This document shows positions 39,501 through 58,627 of a stretch of DNA of 64,000 bases, piece after piece. Under the pieces are notes generated by a model. It had not been told where the DNA came from. It saw nothing but the letters and a program-made list of their open reading frames with translations, and made no database searches. Numbering within the stretch: the stretch's first letter is position 1; each line of letters starts with the position of its first letter. Origin of the DNA: Lingula anatina (taxonomy: Eukaryota; Animalia; Brachiopoda). Both the position numbers and the translations under genes were made by a program. The stretch covers positions 48,090,788-48,154,787 of the forward strand of contig CM120640.1 in assembly GCA_051362555.1 (NCBI GenBank), read 5' to 3'.

Positions 39501-40700
39501 CTCTATTATACAATATCTTAATTAGTTTGTGTGTTAAATGATATCAAACATTAACTGATTATCTCTGATAACCAGAGGCTATTCCTTGATTTGCAGATCA
39601 GAAACAATTTTCCACTGCTCAGCCTATCTGCTCCTGACAACAGAATCTGACAACTGATGTAAAACAGGTCTATTTTCTTTGAACAACACAAATACAGCCA
39701 TGCCTTTCTTTTCTATTGGTAATGTTACTCCATCAATTAAACCAATTAACTAAAACAAGGTGAAAAGATCTGTTCAGATGACTTGTTGAACTTATAATTA
39801 AAAGAATCTTTTGTTCATGACAGATGAGCCAAAAGGCTGTTTAAGTACATTTTAAATTTCAAGTAATTTAATGGTAGGGTGAGGCAGGACGGCGTATTTG
39901 CATATGCTTTCTTGATAAATAATTGTGTGTTATATCCAATACCAATATATGCCAGGACTAAACAAATATTAAAGTAGTGTTTATAATAAAAGCACAAGTC
40001 ACCACAACATGACGCAATTTGGCTGGTTTGCAGTGACGAAAGAATGCAAAACTTTTTGTTGTTTTTCAAAATATACCAAGAATGATGTCATACTTTTTGC
40101 TTGCTTAGGGGTTATGTAGAATTTAGTGCTATATTTTCATGATGACAATTAAAAAACATACATTTACACCAAAACATTATACCCCAAAAAACTGAAATTT
40201 TTCGGTTAAAATGTTGCATAAATTTAACAAAAACATTTATGGAGTGGTCTCCAGAAAAACAAATAAACTATACTTAGGCCCAATCAAGAATTAATACAGT
40301 AAAAGATGACAATAATTTATATTAGTAGAATTTCAACATATGTACTGGACCTGTAACTCGAAAGCATCGCACATTGCGACCAAGCGCAAGCGCCTCGATT
40401 CCATAACTCGCCCATACTTGTCCCATATAATACATTGTAGCCTCTATGTGATATCGCTATTCACAATACGTGATGCTTTCGAGTTACGGAGCCCTGATCA
40501 AATTGTAATCAAATGTGACCATGCACCAAACAAAAAAGTGATAAAACAAACTTGTGGTAAGACAAAATTCCTCACATGTGACATAAAAAAACATGCATCA
40601 AGAAGTATGCACCAAAGGGCTCTCCAAGTATTACCAGTACTTACTCTCTTTCGGCCCTTGCCCTCCTGCGGGCTTCACGACGCGCTTCTAAATCACTCAT
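18521..40700 (-). CDS. TnI: Troponin I, long molluscan type (~400 aa with all cassettes), with two mutually exclusive exon clusters
   Basis: Exons: 40700-40645 MSDLEARREARRRARAER; 39205-39107; 37524-37453; 35878-35854; 35144-35070 (or 35055); 33439-33404; 32041-31940; 31509-31435; 31054-30974; 29880-29770 ..RRKGLGGLSPEKKQKLK; one of 28378-28255 / 27784-27661; one of 26750-26650 / 26097-25997 / 25439-25339; 19901-19858 INELTIKVNDIKGKF; 19295-19254 IKPVLKKVSKTDAK (inhibitory peptide); 19025-18926 ..SFRNQLKSTGQSKYAL; 18580-18521 AAKNPDWREGLQKHQEAES*. All phases fit (1203 nt). Confidence 0.96.
20460..24700. repeat. Complex tandemly duplicated intronic block (~1.0-1.5 kb units) containing three HINE/DINE-1-like element copies
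   Basis: Blocks such as gtttgagaacagtaagtgacatggtttttcttaaatggtc (~20987, ~22100) and ggaacttcaaagtcaca (~20841, 21175, 22275, 23683) recur; internal ~120-bp units contain ttcgaacttgacctgcgtttt. Confidence 0.9.
24110..24698 (-). mobile_element. Non-autonomous Helentron-associated (HINE/DINE-1-like) element; sister copies at ~21520-22090 and ~23100-23655
   Basis: T-run then terminal hairpin atgtacagacaca-tc-tgtgtctgtacat, a (GCCGAT/GCCGTC)n microsatellite and three to four ~120-bp tandem units; family assigned from architecture only. Confidence 0.6.
25339..25439 (-). CDS. TnI: TnI mutually exclusive exon C (101 nt) EVERLCRKLYEKYAQLEEDKYEWEVKIRKQDFE
   Basis: taacag|AG...GAG|gtaggt, phase 1->0, paralogous to the two neighbouring 101-nt exons. 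Confidence 0.93.
25997..26097 (-). CDS. TnI: TnI mutually exclusive exon B (101 nt) DLERIVRKLYQQYARLHEEKYDVELKIRKQDFE
   Basis: ttatag|AG...GAG|gtaacc, phase 1->0. Confidence 0.93.
26650..26750 (-). CDS. TnI: TnI mutually exclusive exon A (101 nt) ELEDIIKKLYAQYCTQEEEKFDIEMKIRKQDWE
   Basis: tttcag|AG...GAG|gtaaag, phase 1->0. Confidence 0.93.
27661..27784 (-). CDS. TnI: TnI mutually exclusive exon D2 (124 nt) KLIMQRAAEELRQEAMRKKEEKENFIKNKVEPLHVDGVNNK
   Basis: ttttag|AAA...C|gtaagc, phase 0->1, canonical TnC-binding H1 helix. Confidence 0.93.
28255..28378 (-). CDS. TnI: TnI mutually exclusive exon D1 (124 nt) QLIMDRALQELKAEEEEKFAEKKRILKERVPPLNIDGMNDR
   Basis: acccag|CAA...G|gtaggg, same length and phases as D2, aligns without gaps. 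Confidence 0.9.
30374..30697. mobile_element. Foldback/MITE-like inverted-repeat element with a central 44-nt poly-G
   Basis: Arms pair along their length: cccatagact/agtctatggg, ctccctgggg..ctaaattgct/agcaatttag..ccccagggag, ttaaatgtctgtcacgccta/taggcatgacagacttttaa; G run 30510-30553. Confidence 0.8.
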
Positions 40701-40938
40701 GTTGGTACTGTGTGTGCTATGGGTGCCCTAAACTAGACGAAAGCTGCAAAGATAAAATGAATAAATGATAACTCAAATCAATCCTAAGCACATAAGCAGA
40801 AATAATAACCTCATGATGCCATATGTTGCTTTCCCAGTCAAGCCAAGTATCTCAGCAGAATGTGATTGCAATTTCTAGCCATAAAAGACAATCTAGTCTT
40901 TATGTTATCCCACAAACTGTTTCAGTTAGATTGACTTC

Positions 40939-41310
40939 TTATTATCCCCCCACCTTTTGGTATAAAAGGCAGGGATTATTTTATCCCTTGAGTCAGTCTG
41001 TGTGTTTAGTAATTTCCTCCAAGACCATTAGCATTGCCATTAGGAAGTTGAAACTTGGGGTATTGATAGACCTATCATCAGGGATGTGCATGGGCACTTT
41101 GGAATTTTACAGTACCCGGGGATTGGCTTAAGAAGGCGAAACTTAGAAGATTAATAGACCTATCATCAGGGATGTGCATGGACACTTTGGAACTTTATTG
41201 CACCGGGGGATGGGCTATCCCTGGGGGGTGGTTAATTCTAAATTTTTTTCATCTTTACAAAGTGGAAAAGTGTGGGGATATGCAATTGCTACCAACTGAC
41301 ACCATCTAGT
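40939..41310 (+). mobile_element. HINE/DINE-1-like non-autonomous element in TnI intron 1
   Basis: 5' ttattatccccccac with hairpin cctttt..aaaagg, short gtct/gtgt tract, two copies of atagacctatcatcagggatgtgcatgg(g/a)cactttggaa, 3' inverted gtggggata and terminal ctagt. Confidence 0.65.
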
Positions 41311-44300
41311 TGTTCTATATTACAATCAATCATTCTGCAGAGATACTTATTGCTATCTTGGTACATCAAGCACAATTTAACAGGGAGCCTCCAGTGCCCC
41401 TCAGATGACCAGGAGTAGCATCCTATCCCGATGCCACAAAAAATGTGCTCCTGCAAAAGTAAAACGATTCAGTAAAGCTTACAGGTAAATTTCCATTACA
41501 GAAAAATGACCTTGTAATTAAAATCCACAGGTTTATTCTTTACTAAGAGACTTGCCTATCCACCTATGCTACTAAAAACTAAAGACATTAAAGCTTAACA
41601 TTTATCAAAATACTCTTTTACTGGTTTAAAAATGGCAATGTATTTTATACATATGTATTCATCAATTTTCTAAAATTTCATTACAAACATTTTTTTTCTT
41701 TTAATGGCAAGCCATATCTTAATCTAAATGGCCATATCTTCATAGAATACAAGTGCTATCAGCACCTCTCCACTTTGTTAATTTAAGTGCTTCATTCTGT
41801 GGCATTCTCAGACAGAACCCATCTGCAAACTCAAAATATAAACCGAGTTACAAAATGTCAACATATACAGAGGTATTCTACCTGGATTTTTTGCACCTAT
41901 GGTATTCTAATCTTATTCAACTTTCTCAGTAGAATCATCAGATCACCAAGGATCCAACATGGAGACCCCATTGTGGTTTAGAATTTCAAACCCTGTGTTC
42001 AACATAGATAATCCAGTGACAACAGTAAGACTATTTAAGGTATATATTTATTTTTTAAGTACAACTCTGAATGCACATTAAGCCAAAGTGTACAGACCTT
42101 TAAATGGATAGGTATCTGCTTTGAAAATGCATGCCATGATGGGACCACATTTTTGTATTTTGTATACACAGCCTACACATCAGAGTCCCAGTCTACAGGT
42201 ATTAACAAGAGCACATCTCAATGTGAATTTAATAAATTGAGTTCTATGGACATGACCTCCTTCACCTTTTACCTGCAGGAGACGAAGTAAAAGTTCAAAA
42301 TCACCAAGCTTATAAATCACAGCATACAGGGGATCTCTTCTGCTTTTGGTTCATTTTACAAAAAACAGAACCCTTACACAGTTATTATGGCTGACACCTG
42401 CAGGCATGAGAGAGAACTCCTTCAGATTTGCATTATCTTTATTCAGATGTCTTAACTTTTTCTTCTTTGACTGTCAACTGGAGTAGAACAGACATAAACT
42501 CTAAAAGACAACAATTGGTGCTTTTCCTTTTAAAATTGGAGGTTAGACTAAGAAGTTCATGACTTCATGCTTTAAGATTTTTTCAGTGTTAACATATGTT
42601 CATAAAGGTTTGGGGATATGTTCATAGACTGAGTAGAAAAAGAACAAAAAGCATTGTTGGATCCTTAATTATTAAAAAAAATGAATTTTATTTTTCACTG
42701 TATTATATTTCTTTTCGTAAGACAGGCAACATATACTTCTAGTAAACAGAATGATAACATACCAAAATCATAACAACTGAATGACACATGAAATGGGCAT
42801 AAAACCACACTTTTAAGGTTCACTTTTTCAAATATAACATTGCAAGAAAACTTACTAAATCCCTTTCAGCTTTCAAACTTACTTTGATTGTAACTTGGCT
42901 CACCCAATAAAGGGGCACTTTTGTCACACATACTACAGCAAATCTTATTAAAGCACCACCAGGACTGTACAGACAGACATTACACTTAACTGTTATGCAA
43001 CCTGTGGGCTTATGATTATTATTAGGTGGTTGGTTTAAGGTGGGCACAATTGTTGTTATACATAACAGCCCAACAAGGTCCTCCATTTACAGATTGATTT
43101 GAAATAAGAGGACTTAAAGTGAGTAATCCTAAACCAATGTGTCTGGGATGATGAATCCTGTGGATCTCTACTTCCACCCCATACACATGTAGACTTTGAT
43201 GCTAATCTGTTGCCAACATTTAGAAGCAGGCAAACATTCCTACTCCTGGTAGCTGCTGCTTCTGATACAGGAGAAAACTGGAATAATGTATTTTGTGGAT
43301 GTCTTCCAGCTTTTGACTTTTAAGCCTGCACTTTGCAATCATTAACCCTTGTTTTAAGCAAACAAACATCCTGAAGTTGTTTCTTCAAGAAGAAAACATG
43401 GAATGATGTATCTTTATGCAATTCTTCCACATTTGTGACCTTCCCTTTGCAACCATTAAATCCTGTTTGTAAAAAATAAACATCCCAGAGTTACTCTTTA
43501 AAGACCAGTGGAGGGGGGGGGGGCAAAAGAAGGCGATAACTTACATCTTTTGACAATCAACATAACATCAGCAATCAACTCCACTTCTCAGCTACTTCAC
43601 TTAGCAAAATATGTTTGAAAGCTTTTAGATACTACCTGGATGAAGAGGGAGCAGCTTGTAAATGAAACTGATAGAAGGTACAGAAGGTATATTTCCAAGC
43701 ATTCAAACTGATAGCTTGCAATTGTACAAAGGAAACAAATTTGGGGATGATTACTTACAACTTAATAGAAACACCAGGACTCCAATTCAGTCTATAAACT
43801 TAAATCACACCCTATGTGATGACCTTGTATTTAAAACTCCATATAAGGTTATATAAACAAAGTGATAGGTCTACAAAAACTACAAAACAAACAGATGGCA
43901 ATAAGTGGGCATGGGATTATAATAATACTCCTCACCTCGAAAAAATTCAAGCAAGCAATGACCCCACAAACTTGAGGCTATGGCAAAGTAATCTGTTCCC
44001 AGGCTGTTTGCATCAATGCAGAAGGTGCACCTATCCTATGCACAGGGCTGTAACTCAATCCTTTCACCAAAGTAAAGAGCTAGCACCTTAGATTAATCCA
44101 CAGTGCCAAAATTAGATCAAGCTTCTGCCTGACCAAGGTGAGCAGATACACATCATGTTACTCCCAGGTTCAGTTCACATATATACTCAGATAAGAGGCA
44201 ATCTTATTGTGTTCCTTTTAAACCTTGGTCCTCATTGCAATCAAACAGTAACTAGCTCAGCAATAATACAACCGATCTTATTTTGTCTGCACCTAAAAAC

Positions 44301-47300
44301 TGAATATTCCCTGAATCCTACCATGTAGAACTGATATAACCACAATCAGAAGAAAATGTTGTAAAATCAGATTCAGCACATCAGAATGCATCCGAATATA
44401 CCTGCAAGATTTGGTAATTGCATACTGCCCTCATTTTTTAGTCTGACATTCGCTTGCCTGACTTGATTTTCATACCTAATTGATAGCTGAGGATGATAGT
44501 TATATGAGCAAAATAGATCAGTTTAAAACATACCATGAACAGTATTTACTTAAAGAACATGGTATCACATGTATATAGCTTCCCCAAAAATGCAAAATCA
44601 TTTTTCCTTATCTTAAGTCATCGTTTATTGATTAAAATGAGATTGGCCTCTTCTTGCTCTATTTTGTTTAAAGAACAGGTCAAATTCCTGTGTATTTTCC
44701 TTTTATCAAATTTCAAGGGTTATCACTAACTATGCAGCATATTTATTTGTCGAGGCCAAGTCAGAAATCAAATGCTATTGTATGTTTTAGGACTGCAGGT
44801 TCCAAAGCAAATATTACAGGGTGCATTGAGAGTGCAGTGTGCCCATTTGACCAGAAAACAAGGCTTGGTGTACCGAGTCTCACTTTTAGATATATTAGTT
44901 TCACATGAAGCTTTTTGATTTTTTTCAATAAAATTATTTCACCTCAACCTGAAAGCCTTATTAACCAATTGCTAATTTTCATCTTCGGAAATCAGAAAAT
45001 AATTCAACAATATGCAATTACCAAAATGATTACAAACATGAATAGCAAACAACTACAAATAATTCCACTAAATGGGGGTTTGGTTACCTGTAACAAAACT
45101 CCAATGGAGTTGGCATGTTGTAAACTTAAGTCAACTAATTTCATTTACACTGGAATCCAGTTGAACAATGACTAATAGACAAGCTATTCCAACTGAACAT
45201 TACGTTTCACAGGTGCACTTAATGGGAAACGGCCTGTGGGTGCCCATACCTTGGACATAGGGAGAGGAACAATCATACTGGACTTACTACAGATCAAACT
45301 ATGAAATGAAGTACAGATGACTTAACTTACTATTCCAGAAATCCTATGAGAGAAATCAGGGATGGATTACACAATCTTGCTGAGCTGATAAGTGATATGC
45401 TTGAATTTTTGTTGGAATTGGAACAAATAAAAAGATGAAATTTATAAATTTATCTTATTTTAACAGCATTTATAAGATAACCTAAAAATAAACTGACATT
45501 AAATCCTATGGAGTCCAATTCTTTTTCAAGTGCCTTTGGTTTGACGAACCTATTGCTAAAGGGGCTGGGCTCTATTGTCACAACTGCTTAGGTAACTTTG
45601 CATGAGTGAATGGTGAGGGATAAGTCTACAGATATGATGTTGTATACGAACTTGAAGATTTCACTTGAAATATAGTGCAAGAGCTTTCACCCTTTCCTAG
45701 TCTGGATTTATCATTTTCAAAAGGTGCCTATGTGTCACTTGTGAATGCATATTACACATGTGGGATGCGAGGGAGGGGAAGAGTTGGAAATTAACATTGG
45801 GCAATATTCTTAAATACCAATCAACGTATAGAATCAAATAAAAGGCATCTTTTTCTTCATCAAAACATCCTTATTTTTCTCTGGATGATTTTAAAATACA
45901 TTTCAGCTTATTTTGCAGATTATCTTATGGAAGTATATTTATAACCTAAGAAGCATGTCAACCCAGGAAGTGGCATCTCTAGGTATAAGCTGCTATTACC
46001 TGCACATTTCCTGACAGGTATCTTTGTGTGTGTGTGTGGGGGGGGGGGGGGTACCTAAGGCAAGGAGGACACACCTGTAGAACACGTAAGTGAAAGCATA
46101 GGGGTGTACCATGCAATCCTAGGTATGGATGTTTCTCATGCATAGAAGCACCCATGTCTAAATCATATAGGTGTTTCCCATTTCATCCATCATTAACTTG
46201 CAATAATTTGAAGTGCTCAATCACAACATATTCAATTTAAAATGTCAATTTAAAGAAGTGCCCCTCATCATCTTGTTCTAGATGACTTACATCTGCCACT
46301 CTTTGCCTTACTGCCTTACTGAGAATACTATTTCATGTTGCCCAGATTGAACTCAAAATATGTTGTTGATGCCAAGAAATATTAAGGGTCAACTTAACAG
46401 ACTTTCAGTTCACATTTTTCAACTACTTCAAAGTTTCTTTTAGTATTTGTGATGTTTTTTTTTCTTTCAAAATGTCTGTACTATAAAACCCAACTCCTCT
46501 TTAGTTGCAACTGCATAGCTGTTCTCCAGTAAAGATGTCAAACAGACAGAGCACGATCTTTTTCAAAGATTTAACTCACCTTAGAAACTGTAAATGCTAG
46601 ATAACATTTCAACAGGTCATTTTTGCTTTGGCTATAAAATTAATCATTTTGGAGACATTTAAATCTGCTTTAAATCAATGACAAATTGTAAGAAACACTG
46701 TATGAATATTCATATATTCTTTACCAAAAATAAGCTATCTTTGGCCACTGGCATATTTTCTTAAATCAAACAGCATTGTTCCCCCTCCTACATCCCAACC
46801 AAAAATTTCCATCTAAATGAAATTGTCAAGCTGTGTAGTACAGATCACGGCCAAACTACTCAGGTGACATTTGTGATAAATAATTGGGTTGTCACTGCAC
46901 TTCTTTGTCCAAAGATTCTCCTGACATCATATACCACTACTCATTATACTTTATAAACTTTGAAACTATTTGAAACTTCAGTGCTCTGACTGATGGAAGT
47001 ACTGAAATTTAAACTGTCTTCATTTTTTATCTGAGTATCATAACCTGGTTAAGGAGATTTTTTGCAAAATAGTCTAAATAGTTTTAACATATACTGATCT
47101 CAGATCTGATCTGTTCTCTCCCTTCCTGTAACATCCCCCTCACCACCACCACACATCTTCATTCCCTTTTTCAACCATCTGGAATGTATTTTTCAGGCTT
47201 TTGTATACCCACTTTCAACAAATCTGATCTCATTTTCATCATCAAGTTGAATATGTTTAGTCTCCCCCTCAAAACATAATAAGATAACACTTTATAAGAG

Positions 47301-50184
47301 ACTGTGCTGTTTGAGTTTTACAAACTAGATCCACATCTTAGGCTTGAAGTCATGCATTTTTAAAACAATATGGGATATCTTATCATAAAAAGTAAAATTC
47401 ATTAATAAGGTAAGAAGATCATGATTGATAGTGGTTTATTTTTTTTTTTTTTCAATTTAGAAAATATCTGGAAGAGATAGTACAGCCAACAAGCCAAACT
47501 AGGTTGAATGTTTAACCTTAGAGATTATGTAGGTGATATCAGTGGATTTCCTGAAAGCCTGTGACAGGAAGAGGAACCACCAGTGGCTACATAATACTGT
47601 ACTCAACATTTGGTCATCTCGCAAACTGGCCATACTGACAACCCCCTCCCCTTCTTACACATCTGCAAAATGGCAAAACCAAGGAGTCCTATACAACTCC
47701 TTGGGCAAACTAATTCTAAGACTAGACTTCCTGATACCAATTTTATTTATATCCAAAGGATTAACTACATATCTCACAACTGGCCTTCTCAATCAAAAAC
47801 TTCTTAATACACTCTATAATACCTCAGAATACACAACTGACACAAACATGAGTGAACATCACACCTGCTAGTCTATCTTAACGAGAGCCCAACAACTTAC
47901 CTGGATTTTGTAGAGATATATTTTCTACCTTAGTCTACTCCAAATAAAAGGAAACCTAGACGTGCCTGGAATATTTTTGGTTTGTAACACTATAACACAT
48001 CTAAGGGAATCCAAAAACAGTCCATCTGGATTTCTTGGGATCTATATATGCAATATGAATCAATATGAACCAAACAGGTTCAAGAAAGTCCACATATAAC
48101 CCCTGAAAATTGGCAGAATGAGGAAGTGAACAGTGTCAAAGGCTACTGGGCCACTTACTGTATTTTGTCCCAAAATAATAGAGGCATGCAAATTTCCAAT
48201 TTCTCTTTTGCTCTATCAGTCCACTTACTGCATTATATGCAGAGGGCTAAATTACAAGACGAAGACGTGCAGTGTCTGTGTAAATCTTTAAAAAAAACTC
48301 AATGTAAACCCAATCTTCCTCTTTAACAGACTTTTACACCAATGCCACTCTTAACTCAAGTGCATGCATGATTGAAAGCATCATCTGAAGCCATACAGAT
48401 ATCTAACAATATTTGATCCATTTTTCCTGAAAACTTACTGATACTGGAGTCAACTTCACAAGAAGCCAGATACTTCCTGTTCCTCTTCCACAGACAGTTT
48501 ATCACCATTAAATAGCAATGATGGCATACCTACTGAACTTTTTCAGTAGACTTAATGAACTTCTGCATGCTAGGAGCCCATGTAACTAGTCTGATGACTA
48601 CAATTTGTTTTTTTTTTTATTCTGAAGGAATAACAAATGCCAAACTGAACAGTTTTTGTTTATTTTAAAGGTGAATATCAAATCTATACTACTTGGGTAT
48701 CTTTTTTCCTTTCAGTTAATACTCCCTTGGTAGATTATCTCTTGAGCACATGCCATGACAAAATCATACAAATTCACAATCATTCTGCAGCTAACGGCAA
48801 TATGCAAGTCAAATACCCATGCTAAAATTTCACTTATGCATAGATATATAGAGAACACCAAACCAATTTCACTGATAGTGTTTAAAATAATGATATACTA
48901 AGACAAGGATAAGTCAATTACTGTAAAGGTACAGGGGGGAGGGAAGGGTAAGCCAGTTTACATTTCAGGTATATTCAACCATGCTCACTTCAATTGTACA
49001 TAGACTGACAGGCAGCTATGCCACCCAAACATGCCCAAGAGACCCCAACCCCTCCTCTCTAAATCCTACCTCAAATGTTAGACAAGCTGTTCATCTGTTG
49101 ACATCGGAGTTAGAGTTAGTGCTACTGTACTACACTTTATAGAATGAACATACCTTTATAGACCCACATATAAACTGCTTAAGTAACATGTCCTAAGTGC
49201 AAGCTATATATATATATATATATATATATACTTTTTGACTAATATGAACTAGCAAGGCACAGCTAGGACCTAGGTAAATGGAATGACCAAATTGCATATA
49301 TTTTGTCATGTTATATGACATGTAGTATCAATATTAAATGCAAAGACAGTACAGTGCATAACGCTCAAGTCATATCTGAGGTATATAATCATGTATACTG
49401 GCACATATAGTTACATATTACACAAAAGAAACATATGTACTGGTCAAGCAAAAAAAAGTTATAGGTGGCATACAGTAAACTAAATATTAATCATTTCTCG
49501 ACACTTTATGAAACACAACATCAGTGGTGCATAATACAAAAACAAGCTGCATATTTTTATCAGATGAAATTTCTTGCCGCCTCATGTACAAGATTAATTT
49601 ACTCAGATGTTCAGACAAGTGCATCTGCATGAAGACAAGCACTTGTTTAACTCACTATTTCAAGAATAACTAGACTATGACCTCATCTGAAATATGCCAA
49701 GACATGTCTTTCTTTGTGCCCTCAATTTAGTCGTATGAATTTGGAGTCGATTCGGATCCTATACACATAATATTACGGCAAACACAGGTAAAGAAACGGA
49801 CACACATTTTCTGGGCGGGGCTATTGTTGGGCCTCATACCATTCATTCGAAATGTAAACATTGACCGCATAGTAGGAATGTAAAACAACGAAGCATAGCC
49901 AGATTTTAAAACATAGATTGGTCGTTGTAAAGAACGTCTAAGAGCTACTTTATGCACAAGTTTAAGGTATCTAATGCTTTCTTACATAGCAAGCCCCAAG
50001 TTATTAAAAGCCCACGAACCGGCTATGAAGGCAGCCATATTGGGTAAGCCTTGAAGATCTCACTGCGCTTCTAACTTACGATAAGTTACCAACTTAAAAT
50101 CAAAATGCGATTTTCTCGAAATTGCACAGGACAATGCATTTACCCCTTATATTTGTACTTGTATTATACAGACACTATACTTAC

Positions 50185-50325
50185 TTCCAATGTGTAGAAA
50201 TAGGCTCGATTTTCCCTTCCCAACAGAGTCAGAGGCGAAGTATCAAGCTCGGACGAGAGGTGGACCTTATTCTTAGTGACGTAACGCGCTCCATCTGATT
50301 GGTCGAAAGTGTAAGTGATTGGCAA
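50185..50325 (-). promoter_or_regulatory. Putative TnI promoter and non-coding first exon
   Basis: Donor GGAA|gtaagt at 50185/50184, CpG-rich patch, two minus-strand CCAAT boxes 20 bp apart (50298-50302, 50318-50322), TGACGTAA at 50277-50284; the ATG exon has an acceptor at 40727. Confidence 0.6.
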
Positions 50326-52015
50326 TGCGCTTCAGAATGCCCAGACAAGTGCTGTAGTTTTAAGTTCACAAATATACATTTAAATGGCAAATAAATGCAA
50401 GGGTTTTTAATTTTATATTCATTCCATAGACAATAGTAATTTTCAATGTTATAATTTTTTTCTTTGTGCGTCACTATGCGTATTGCGGGTAAAGCTTTCT
50501 TCTTCACTGCAGTAGCCCAAGCATGTGCTTATATGGTAATATCATGTTACTTGATAGGATTCCTACAGGAAAGCATTACTACCAGCATATTTAGAACTCA
50601 TAGCTGGGTTATCAAATACTGCTCAGGCCTACTTTCTACAAAGATTGCCACAACCACTTCAGTGTGCAATTTCTTGCTAAAAGATGCATCAAAATCAACT
50701 TTTATCTGTTCAAATTTATTTCAAACTGCTCAAAATATTCAAACATGTATAATGCATTTTAGATTCATCTGGTGCTAATAAGCAATCTGACGTTTATAAA
50801 AGGTTAAGGGGTATATCTGTAGGAAAGTACATGTTTTACTGTGACAGCCACTACATTAAAACAGAAAACTGGTCTGGCACTTGTGTAAAAGACCAAGGAA
50901 AGACTTGAGCACTATTTTTAGGCCACTTAATGAATTTTAATTCTTTAAAAATATCAGCATTTGCTAACAAAACAAACAAAAAAAACAAACAAACAAACAA
51001 ACAAACAAAAAAAAGAAGTATGTCAAGCAAATATAATGCTCATTCCTCTAAGAGAAAATAATAATTATGGTATGACTTCTCCTAATGCACTGTTCTGCTA
51101 CAAATATAACATCCAGGTATTAGCATCAGTGAGTGATGTAATCTGGTCTAAGTTACATGGGAAAAAAACTATGCTCAAGCTCAGGACAAGTGAAATATAT
51201 AATCTGTTTTCCATCCAACCCAGTTTATTTGGGGTCAGTAGGTTATAGCATATAAACCAGATGAGAAGAGAAAATACTTCATTAACAACACGCAGATATA
51301 AAGATTCCTTTGCTGCTACTATAAAATAACCATAAGAAATATGAATCATTCATGAATCATTAAGTCACAAATTTCTTTTGACGGAATATGGAATTCATTG
51401 CCATTCAAGCAAAATTATATTTGGTAAAAGATCAAATGAAGTTTCTTAAAATGGTATCATTGCCTCAAAACAAACGTGCAATTTGCATCAAAATAATTTT
51501 TTTATGACAAAACAGATATAAACATATGTTTTTACATTTCGTTTGTCTATCATTTACACTACTTGTTATACAACCAATACATCCAGTCAAAACAGAGCCA
51601 ACCTTGCACTGTTTCTTCACCTAATTTGCTCCACACATCATCAGATAAACCTATCTTTATAATAAAAAGCTATATACAAAAATATAAACAAAACCACACT
51701 GCTACTCTATGTCTCATAATACAACATTATGATAATAATCTCTGCAAATGCTTTCTGTGTGGAATGCCAGTGTTCATTCCCTTCCTCTATACAGTGTTAA
51801 CATATTAGCAGTGAAGGTGGCAATGTGGGATGGTGGTGTATAAAGCTGTTGTAATTTTGTGGTAACTAGGATCCACTGCCAAGAATACATTCTGATGCAC
51901 CTTGCTGCTGTCTGTCTGTCAGAAGTTCTCCTTCTTTGGCCAAGCATCTTGTGAAAGAGCACACCTGAGCTAATTAATCACCTGGAATATTGGCTGATAT
52001 GTGTGGGAGGTTTCA

Positions 52016-58496
<6,481 letters not shown>

Positions 58497-58504
<8 letters not shown>

Positions 58505-58627
58505 GTTGATGTAAGACACGAGAACATACGAGATTAGGTTTAAATTGGCGAGATTTCGCGCCTCAGTTCTTATTCACGAGACGTGTGTGCTGGTAGGCCT
58601 ATTGTTCCCGACTTTTTGACGTCAAAG
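58497..58627 (-). promoter_or_regulatory. RuvBL2 CpG-rich housekeeping/cell-cycle type promoter
   Basis: E2F consensus TTTCGCGC 58554-58561, CRE TGACGTCA 58617-58624 within tttgacgtcaaa, YY1-like AACATGGCGGC over the start codon. Confidence 0.6.
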
